Assembly: GCA_016193335.1 (NCBI GenBank)
Contig: JACPSK010000006.1
Span: 1-53,678 of the forward strand
Reading direction: 5' to 3'
From: Candidatus Magasanikiibacteriota bacterium
Lineage (GTDB): Bacteria; Patescibacteriota; Patescibacteriia; Magasanikbacterales; UBA922
DNA length: 53,678 nt
The notes beneath the pieces are model-generated. The model was not told the DNA's origin and did not search any database. It saw only the letters and a list, made by a program, of their open reading frames with translations. Positions 19,760 through 27,110 of this stretch are shown here, one piece after another (the first letter of the stretch is position 1; every line of letters begins with the position of its first letter). The translations under genes were made by a program, and so were the position numbers.

Positions 19760-21712
19760 ATGACAGATAATATACAAAAGGGTATAGATTTTCTCATTTC
19801 AGAACAAAAGTCTAATAGCGCTTTTGCGTCCTTTTCCTCTCCAGACCCCTATTCCTTTACCACTGGCTTAAGATATCGTTCCAATTTCAGCCTTTCCATG
19901 ATTTTGTTGGCCAGCAAGGAGTTGTCTAAATATGACAAACGCGTAGAATCTCTGAGAGAGTATTTGGCTCTTTTTCTTTTGAAGGAAAAAAGTTCTTTTT
20001 GGTCTTTCAATTACTGGCAGAGAGATTCCGAAGAATATAAGAGACTTCCTTACCCCGATGATCTGGATGATACTTTTTCAGCTCTTGCGGCTTTGCATTC
20101 GTACAATCCGGATATTATAGATGGTTCAATATTGGCTTCTGTATCAAACCTGTTGCTAACAAATGAAATCCAAGAGGGTGGGCCGTATCGTACCTGGCTT
20201 CTCTCTTCTGACGCTGATCAAAAATATAGAGAAGACGTGGATTTTGTCGTCAACATCAATATCGCTTATTTTCTTTCATTATATGAAATTGAGCTTCCCA
20301 ATCTGTCGGCTTTTATCGATACTCATGTTGCTTCGGAATTGTATGCTTCAAAATATTATCCGGCTTCATATCAGGCCGTATATTTTTTGTCTCGTTTCTA
20401 TAAAGGACCATATCTTGAGAAGTTTCGTACCTATATACAGAGCCTTTACCATAGTGCGCTTGCCGAAGAACATAGCGTGCACGCCGCTTTGCTCTCTTCG
20501 GCCATGTTGAACCAACATAGCTTCTCGCCGGAAAGCACGCGAATGCTGGAACATATAACGCGAAGCCAGTTAAAAGACGGATCCTGGCCTGCTTTTGGAT
20601 TTTGTGTGGACCCGGAGATAAACGGGAAAACACACTATTCCGGTTCCCGAGCCTTAAGCACTGCTTTGTGTTTGGAAGCTCTGTGTTCTTATCAATCTAA
20701 AATTGAGATGCTTTCATCTGTTTTTTTGAGTCCTCATCAGACACCAGATAAGATATGTTCCTTCAGGACTCGGGTGCTGAAAAAGCTTTCAGATCAGCGT
20801 GCCGTTTTGCCGGAGATTTTGCTTTCGCCTTTCGATTGTGTAATGAACAGAATAGTACAACTGGATCTTTCTTATCCTATTTCCTCGCTTCCTTTTATCT
20901 TTGCCCAAGCCAACTCATGTTTGAGAGATATTAATAGCGCAACACTCGAAGATTTGGGCCTCGCGTCTCTTTATGGCTGGGCAGCGTATACCGCTTTTGA
21001 CGATTGTTGTGACGAGAATGCAAAAAATCGGATTTCCGTCGGCATTTATTGTTTTAGGAGAATGCAGACTTTATTTTTGTCTCTTATGAGACAGATTCCG
21101 TCTTTTGTATCTCTCATGGACACTATACTTGGCCGAGCTGAACATGCTTTGCAATGGGAAATAAGCAAAGCTCGGGTAGGGGAGTCCGGTATTTCTATTC
21201 CAGAATATGGCGATCGTTTGATTTTGGCCGACAGATCTCTCGGGCACGCGCTTGGCGTATTGGCTGTTTTTTTCTTTAAAGGTTTTTCGATTGGTTCTCC
21301 GGAGCTAAAGTCAATGCTTCGTTTTTTTGGACAACATCTTATCGCGAGACAACTCTCTGACGACATGCATGATGTTGAAGAGGATATAGATTTCGGACGT
21401 TTGAGTTTTGTCTGCGCAGACAGTCTCTCTTATCTGGATTTTGTGGCAAAAATTAATCAAAAAAATTTAAAGAAAATGAAGAAAGATATTTTGGAAAAGT
21501 TTTGGAGTGAACGTATCGGGGCTGTCGTGGATATTGGTTTATCTCACATTGAACAGGCTTTCCAGGCTCTTTCGGAGTTGAGAGACGTCTATGATGTCTC
21601 AATGTTCGCTTCACTTTTATCCCGTGATAAGGAACTTCTGACAGGCGCGAAAAAAGAAACACAGGCTATTCAGGCTTTTCTTAGATTTTTTAATCCGTCT
21701 TTACGCATTTAG
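19760..21712 (+). CDS. Putative bifunctional terpene enzyme: class II cyclase beta domain plus class I (prenyltransferase/terpene synthase) alpha domain
   Basis: N-half: FNYW...YPDDLDDT, DFVVNINI, SKYY, QW-type SQLKDGSW. C-half: AFDDCCDE and RQLSDDMHD aspartate-rich motifs. Confidence 0.7.
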   Translation: MTDNIQKGIDFLISEQKSNSAFASFSSPDPYSFTTGLRYRSNFSLSMILLASKELSKYDKRVESLREYLALFLLKEKSSFWSFNYWQRDSEEYKRLPYPDDLDDTFSALAALHSYNPDIIDGSILASVSNLLLTNEIQEGGPYRTWLLSSDADQKYREDVDFVVNINIAYFLSLYEIELPNLSAFIDTHVASELYASKYYPASYQAVYFLSRFYKGPYLEKFRTYIQSLYHSALAEEHSVHAALLSSAMLNQHSFSPESTRMLEHITRSQLKDGSWPAFGFCVDPEINGKTHYSGSRALSTALCLEALCSYQSKIEMLSSVFLSPHQTPDKICSFRTRVLKKLSDQRAVLPEILLSPFDCVMNRIVQLDLSYPISSLPFIFAQANSCLRDINSATLEDLGLASLYGWAAYTAFDDCCDENAKNRISVGIYCFRRMQTLFLSLMRQIPSFVSLMDTILGRAEHALQWEISKARVGESGISIPEYGDRLILADRSLGHALGVLAVFFFKGFSIGSPELKSMLRFFGQHLIARQLSDDMHDVEEDIDFGRLSFVCADSLSYLDFVAKINQKNLKKMKKDILEKFWSERIGAVVDIGLSHIEQAFQALSELRDVYDVSMFASLLSRDKELLTGAKKETQAIQAFLRFFNPSLRI

Positions 21713-21790
21713 GAGATACACATTCCGCAAGCTCCATAAAGAGTCTGTCTCTTATAGAGATTCCGGAATGTCCGGCCCAGCGTTTTGATG

Positions 21791-23686
21791 CTAGGCCGTG
21801 TTGTCTTCTTGATCCGTTCCTCTTCTGGGACGATTCAAGACGCGAGAACCTGGCGCTCTGTCAAATCTGAGCACACGCTCAGTCTGAGTAGGCCTGGCCC
21901 CCTCAGGCATGACGGTAAACGAACAGATCGCAGTCTGTTTGTTTACTCGTTTGCCAAGACTTGTAAAGACCCGTTGGCCCACCACAGTCTCCGCTCCTGC
22001 TCTGAGGTTGGGCATCATGTTGCGCATGCCTGCGGACATGAGCTCTTTCAGAGCGGGCAAAGACACAGCTGTGGTCCCCGGGTCAGCCACCCCTTGGACG
22101 CGGGAGGCAAAGTTTACCTCCGGTCCAACGATGTCGAGGACACCGTTTATGATGGCCAAGGAGGCAGACCCGAAGTGCACGGCGATCCTGAGCTCAAAGG
22201 GCGAGCACTCGGCCAGTATGGCTTCGTGGATGCCGTCAGCGGCGCGGATGGCTGCCCAAATGACGTCAGCATGGTTCAGACCTCTGTGGTCTCCGGGGTA
22301 ACCCAGAGGAAAGTAGGCCATGCCGCCATCTCCCAAGGTTTTGGGTATCACCCCGCCTTCTCGGAGGATCGAACCCTGGGCCAGCTCATGCAAGCGCTTG
22401 ATCCGGGCGACCATTTCCCTCGAATCCCAACCCTTGGTGGTAAATCCGACCATGTCGAGGAAGATGACCGCCATCTCGAGCGGCAGATCCTCGAAGGTTC
22501 TTGGGTTGTACAAGAGGGCCGAGATCACTTCTTCGCTGTCCGGAACCGTGCCCCGAAGCTTGCGACGATGCGCCGCGACTTCGGCATCAGCCTGATCCAG
22601 CTTTTGGCTCGCGGCGCTGAGGAGCCTTTCAGTTTGAGCCTTGCGCTCCGTCCTCCTCATGATCGCGTCCGCGACAAAGAAGAAGAAGCTCCGGAGGCGT
22701 TGCGGCCGCCAGGTGACCTCGAAGGCCGAGTTCCGGAAGCGATGTTCGGATCGATCCGAACACTGCAACAAGACCGGACCACGCAAGACAGGATGTTGGG
22801 CCGGTGAACCATCAGGCTTGCGGCAGACCGTGCAAGGCGTCTGGAGACTTACGTCGTCCAGCACCCGGATGGCCGGCAGAAGTCCTTGTATAGGACTTTC
22901 CACAGCTCCTGAAGTGCTTGTGATCAGCCCGTCTTTCCTGGCCGGCAGATACACGCGCTTGCCAAAAACGCGACCGTTGATCTTGAGAAGGCCGCCTTCC
23001 TCATCCCAGTCCACGCTGGAATCGGGGGCGTACCTTTCCACAAGAGCCTGTGGCGTCATAGCGAGAGCGCTGAGGCGAGGCAAGGGTTCTTTTTCCTGGC
23101 CCCAGAACAGCTGCACTCCCCGTCCGTGTCCGGGTATGAAGCTCGTAATGGACCAGAAGTCTTCAACCGGCGGCGTGTTGTTATGATCATGGACCATCAC
23201 GATCACGCCGTTGCCGGCTCCGGTCTGTACGAAGCGTATACGCTTGTTGCGAGGGTCGAGGCATTTTTCGGCCTCCACCTCGACGTTGCGATACCCATCA
23301 AGCGGGCTCGTGAGTCGGCGGCCCAGCCAGGTGGCGGCAAAGCTGGCCTTGAGAGCCATGGTGCCAAAAGCCGTGTGACGGCTCGCGGCGCCGGCTTCAA
23401 AGAGATGCCAGCCGTGTCCCAATACTTGGATCATGGCCGCTTCCACGAGCCGCCATTCTTCCATGCTCACCCGCAGGTCTGGGTAAGGCCGGATCAAACC
23501 GGTATGCCGGTTCATCTCGTCCGACAAATCCGCGCAAGCCCGCGCAAGCTCCGAACTCAGAGGTTTCATGGCTAGGAGGAAACGCCCCACGCCATCTTTC
23601 CCCGAGTAATCGCGCTCAAAATAAGCGCGATACGTGGCCCAGTTCGGGCCCAAGTTGATCCAACGCCTGCCGTTCCCAGTCATCAT
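21791..23686 (-). CDS. Class III adenylate/guanylate cyclase with an N-terminal putative sensor domain
   Basis: VIFLDMVGFT, KTLGDG, LRIAVHFG, DIVGPEVNFASRVQ; coiled coil before the cyclase; start set at 23686 after a GAGGGGG SD; GC-rich. Confidence 0.85.
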   Translation of the reverse strand: MMTGNGRRWINLGPNWATYRAYFERDYSGKDGVGRFLLAMKPLSSELARACADLSDEMNRHTGLIRPYPDLRVSMEEWRLVEAAMIQVLGHGWHLFEAGAASRHTAFGTMALKASFAATWLGRRLTSPLDGYRNVEVEAEKCLDPRNKRIRFVQTGAGNGVIVMVHDHNNTPPVEDFWSITSFIPGHGRGVQLFWGQEKEPLPRLSALAMTPQALVERYAPDSSVDWDEEGGLLKINGRVFGKRVYLPARKDGLITSTSGAVESPIQGLLPAIRVLDDVSLQTPCTVCRKPDGSPAQHPVLRGPVLLQCSDRSEHRFRNSAFEVTWRPQRLRSFFFFVADAIMRRTERKAQTERLLSAASQKLDQADAEVAAHRRKLRGTVPDSEEVISALLYNPRTFEDLPLEMAVIFLDMVGFTTKGWDSREMVARIKRLHELAQGSILREGGVIPKTLGDGGMAYFPLGYPGDHRGLNHADVIWAAIRAADGIHEAILAECSPFELRIAVHFGSASLAIINGVLDIVGPEVNFASRVQGVADPGTTAVSLPALKELMSAGMRNMMPNLRAGAETVVGQRVFTSLGKRVNKQTAICSFTVMPEGARPTQTERVLRFDRAPGSRVLNRPRRGTDQEDNTA

Positions 23687-23869
23687 CTTGCCCCCCCTCA
23701 TCTTATGAGAAAAAAGAACTACCTCATACTGTGTGTGTCTGTATTCAATCAGCAGAATGTTTTTTTGTCAAGATAATTATCTAATTTTAGCTATTTTTTC
23801 TTTAGGTTCATTGGTATCTCTGCTATTTTTTGTTATACTTATATAAATTTTGACGAAATTCTTGATTAT

Positions 23870-25315
23870 ATGTTTCAGAACAGATCTGTTCAGTTATTAT
23901 TTGGTATTTATGTGCGCTTAGCCTTTTTAGTGGTGAGTGTTCTTCATTACGGAGCTATACTCATAGGCGAACATTTTTTCCTTAAAGAAGACAGACCCAG
24001 ATTGTGGCGTCTGGCTGTGCACCGTCACAATCGCGTTATGTTGAAGATCGCGGGAATTAAGCTTGATATAAAAAGTCCTGTCCCTGATTTGGACGGCCCG
24101 GCGCTTTTTGCCACCAATCATCCCTCCATTTTTGATGGTTTTGTGTTTTTTTCTTTGCTGGGCCCTGATATTATACCGGTTACGGCTCCTGCGGCCGATT
24201 TCGCTTTTCCTTTTAACAAAGTATTTCCCAAAATGGGCGTTATAGATATTGTGAGAGATAAAGAAGACGAAAGAAAATACAAAAAGAGCTACACAAAAAA
24301 AGCAGGTTTGGAAAAAATTATTTCAACCTTAAAAGATGGTAAAAAAGTTTTGATTTTTCCGGAAGGTCATTTGGAACGAATTAAAGAACTGCACTACATA
24401 CATACGGGAACGGCGCGCGTATCTCTGAGGTCAAAGAGCCTAGTAATAATGGCCACCTTGATTGGATTAGAGAAAATAGCCATAGATAATATCAGGCTGA
24501 GGCCAGGAACCATACATGTATATTTCGGGCGAGCTTTGCAAGCGCCGGCCATTTCCAAACATCTTCCGTTCCGCAAAGTTGTTATTGCCTTCACCAAAGA
24601 TATAGAAAGAGAACTCATTAGAATGCTGCCTTCCCGCTATATTCCTGATTACATAAAAAGACCGGGTGGAGACTCAATAGGCGTTTTTATAGACGTGGAC
24701 AAGACCGTCTACCGTGGGTATTCTCAAAAAGATTTTTTAAGATTTTTGGTTAAACACAAAAAAATTTCTCGTTTTCACTATTACAGGGTATTCGCGTATC
24801 TTTTATTGGAAAAATGCAGGCTTATTTCGCATCAGACTTTGTCCGAGAGGGCTTTGTTGATCTTGAAAGGATATTCAGTCGCCAGAGTTGAAAAAGAAGC
24901 TGAGCGTTTTTTTAACCAAAAAGCGGTGTTCCGTCTTAACGCTCATATGTTGCATATTATAAAAGACCATGCTGAACAAGGACATCATCTAGTCTTTGTC
25001 ACAGAGACGATTTCCCCCTTGGCACGTCAGTTTGAGAGGTATTTTAAGACCTATTCCAGTTTGGATACGGTGATTCATGTTTCAGGAGGAAGGTACACAG
25101 GAGTCATGGCGCGTTATTGTTGGGGTCGGGAAAAAGCTCTGCTCACCCAGTGCTATGCTTTGGAACATCATATTGATCTGAAAAAAAGTTATGCCTACGC
25201 TGATTCCATTAGTGATGTATTTTTTTTGGAATCAGTGGGTCATCCGGTGGCAGTAAAGCCAAAACAAAAATTAAAAATAACTGCCATGCAACGTGGCTGG
25301 CAGATTTTGGTTTAA
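23870..25315 (+). CDS. PlsC-type acyltransferase fused to a HAD-IB phosphatase
   Basis: NHPSIFD (HxxxxD), IFPEG; FIDVDKT (DxDxT), GREKA, AYADSISD. Confidence 0.85.
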   Translation: MFQNRSVQLLFGIYVRLAFLVVSVLHYGAILIGEHFFLKEDRPRLWRLAVHRHNRVMLKIAGIKLDIKSPVPDLDGPALFATNHPSIFDGFVFFSLLGPDIIPVTAPAADFAFPFNKVFPKMGVIDIVRDKEDERKYKKSYTKKAGLEKIISTLKDGKKVLIFPEGHLERIKELHYIHTGTARVSLRSKSLVIMATLIGLEKIAIDNIRLRPGTIHVYFGRALQAPAISKHLPFRKVVIAFTKDIERELIRMLPSRYIPDYIKRPGGDSIGVFIDVDKTVYRGYSQKDFLRFLVKHKKISRFHYYRVFAYLLLEKCRLISHQTLSERALLILKGYSVARVEKEAERFFNQKAVFRLNAHMLHIIKDHAEQGHHLVFVTETISPLARQFERYFKTYSSLDTVIHVSGGRYTGVMARYCWGREKALLTQCYALEHHIDLKKSYAYADSISDVFFLESVGHPVAVKPKQKLKITAMQRGWQILV

Positions 25316-25343
25316 TGTTTAATGTAATCAGAGTCCAAGACTT

Positions 25344-25688
25344 TTAGGATTCTAGAAATAAAGCCAATGAAGCGCCGAGGAGCCCGATGTCGCGCACGAT
25401 TACGTTTTCCATGCCACTCGCGGTGCTGATGAGCACTCCGGCGAGATGCAGAGACGCGAAAAATGCGGCTATTTTGACCCGTACCCCTGTGATGATCCAG
25501 GCTCCAAGAAGCATGTCAATAATGGCCGTGCTTTTCATAAATTGCTCCAGATTTCCCGGTATTTTGCTTTGAGCCCATTCTTGCATGAAACTTCCCCACA
25601 AAAGCGGTTCAGACCAAATAAGCCAGCCAATCCAGATAAAGGTGATGCCCAAACCAAGGCGCAAGCTGATGAGAGCTGATTTTCTCAT
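25344..25688 (-). CDS. DoxX family membrane protein
   Basis: LRLGLGITFIWIG, VRDIGLLG; hydrophobic helices. Confidence 0.75.
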   Translation of the reverse strand: MRKSALISLRLGLGITFIWIGWLIWSEPLLWGSFMQEWAQSKIPGNLEQFMKSTAIIDMLLGAWIITGVRVKIAAFFASLHLAGVLISTASGMENVIVRDIGLLGASLALFLES

Positions 25689-25745
25689 ATGTAAAAGATA
25701 ACTTAAGGAATCTCATGGCGAGACGCCTTGCTTAATGGATCTATA

Positions 25746-25786
25746 TTAGAACCCATCTCAAAATTATTTTTTAGAATAGGTTCTAA
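25746..25786. repeat. Dispersed palindromic repeat copy
   Basis: TTAGAACCCATCTCAAAATTATTTTTTAGAATAGGTTCTAA. Confidence 0.6.
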
Positions 25787-26077
25787 GGAAAAGTAAAAAA
25801 TGATTTTGTATTCTTGGATATCTGACCTTTCTCTATCAATACTTTCACAAGTATACATGTATATGAGAAAAAAGAAAAATGAAATTATTCGATATATTGT
25901 ACCCGTTGACCGGATATGAACGAGATGTCATACTGTCTTTATACGGAGCGCTTTTGGCTTCTCAGATTTTTTCTCATTCCATCATCATTTAGTGACAGAT
26001 TTGGATTCATCCGCCATTCCTTAACAAGGTCACGGAAATTTAATCTATAATCTTTTTATTTTTAATTTTTTAAACCT

Positions 26078-26476
26078 ATGCTTTGGCCTCAACTATCGCA
26101 ATATTCTGATCTCGGTTTTTTTCTTCTGCGTTTGTCTGTCGCTCTTATTTTTTTGTATCATGCTTGGCCTAAGATGAAAAATCCCAAAGCTTTTGCCGGT
26201 ATGATGGGGGGCCAAAATATGGTTTGGTTTCCCTTTGTTTTGGGTCTGGCCGAGCTTGTTGGAGCTCTTGGAGTTCTAAGCGGTGTTTGGTTGCAAGTCT
26301 CTGCTTTGATTCTGGTTTTTGTGATGCTTGGAGCCATGAGCATGAAAATAGGGAAGTGGAAAATCCCTTTTTCCGCTATGGATAAGATGGGCTGGGAATT
26401 TGATTTGATTTTGCTCGCCGCCAGTCTCTTGCTTTTGTTCTCCGGTGGCGGCGCAATGTTGATACTGGGTGTTTAA
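26078..26476 (+). CDS. DoxX family membrane protein
   Basis: LLRLSVALIFLYHAWPK, AELVG, GWEFDLILL. Confidence 0.85.
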   Translation: MLWPQLSQYSDLGFFLLRLSVALIFLYHAWPKMKNPKAFAGMMGGQNMVWFPFVLGLAELVGALGVLSGVWLQVSALILVFVMLGAMSMKIGKWKIPFSAMDKMGWEFDLILLAASLLLLFSGGGAMLILGV

Positions 26477-26477
26477 G

Positions 26478-26518
26478 TTTGAAACTGGCTCAAAATTATT
26501 TTTGAGCCGAGGCTCTAG
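26478..26518. repeat. Dispersed palindromic repeat copy between convergent genes
   Basis: TTTGAAACTGGCTCAAAATTATTTTTGAGCCGAGGCTCTAG; near-identical to the reverse complement of 52427-52466. Confidence 0.75.
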
Positions 26519-27048
26519 ACAATTTCCTTGCTCAACAAACTGGTCTTTTTTGCGTAGTAAGTTCCCGTTTCGTAGATTCCGGCGAGGATGCAAATATAAA
26601 ATAAATCAGCAAAAAGACTGTTTTTGAAAAAGGGTATGGCCATGACATAGCTCTGAACCAATCCGTTTAGATTGTGCGCATACATAGTCCCAAAAAGCCA
26701 CACCGCCGCGTTCGTAATTAAGAAAAAAATAATTGATCCGAGCATAGTGCCTCCTATGATCCTGCTCAGGCGTCTTTTTTTTCTTATTATTAAACCTATC
26801 AGTCCCATGATGATAAATCCCAGATACACGGATATCATAATGGCAGGATTGTAAAATCCTATAATCATATCACTCAAAAACATGGCACTGAGCGGAAGCA
26901 GTAAAGCTATACGTTTTGGAAGATATACTCCGCCAAAAATGGCCAGGGCTCCTATGGGAGCGAAATTCGCGGGATGGGGGAGGAGCCTGGCGCTCACTCC
27001 AAGAGCAAGGGTGATGAGAACAATAAAAATATCGTTTTTATTTTTCAT
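26515..27048 (-). CDS. DUF6580-type membrane protein, ECF S-component-like (putative cobalamin uptake)
   Basis: RLLPHPANFAPIGALAIFGG, MFLSD, FFLITNAAVW, YVMAIPFF; multiple TM helices; last gene of the riboswitch operon. Confidence 0.7.
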   Translation of the reverse strand: MKNKNDIFIVLITLALGVSARLLPHPANFAPIGALAIFGGVYLPKRIALLLPLSAMFLSDMIIGFYNPAIMISVYLGFIIMGLIGLIIRKKRRLSRIIGGTMLGSIIFFLITNAAVWLFGTMYAHNLNGLVQSYVMAIPFFKNSLFADLFYICILAGIYETGTYYAKKTSLLSKEIV

Positions 27049-27110
27049 ATAGGTATCGCGATGTTTTGTCGTCTTATTTGACTGAGTTGGAAATAATTTC
27101 AGTCAGCTTA

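Noticed and set aside
21785-22807. 340 aa plus-strand ORF and other long ORFs overlapping GC-rich genes
   Set aside because: Antisense shadows of genes with clear motifs; stops are rare in GC-rich DNA.
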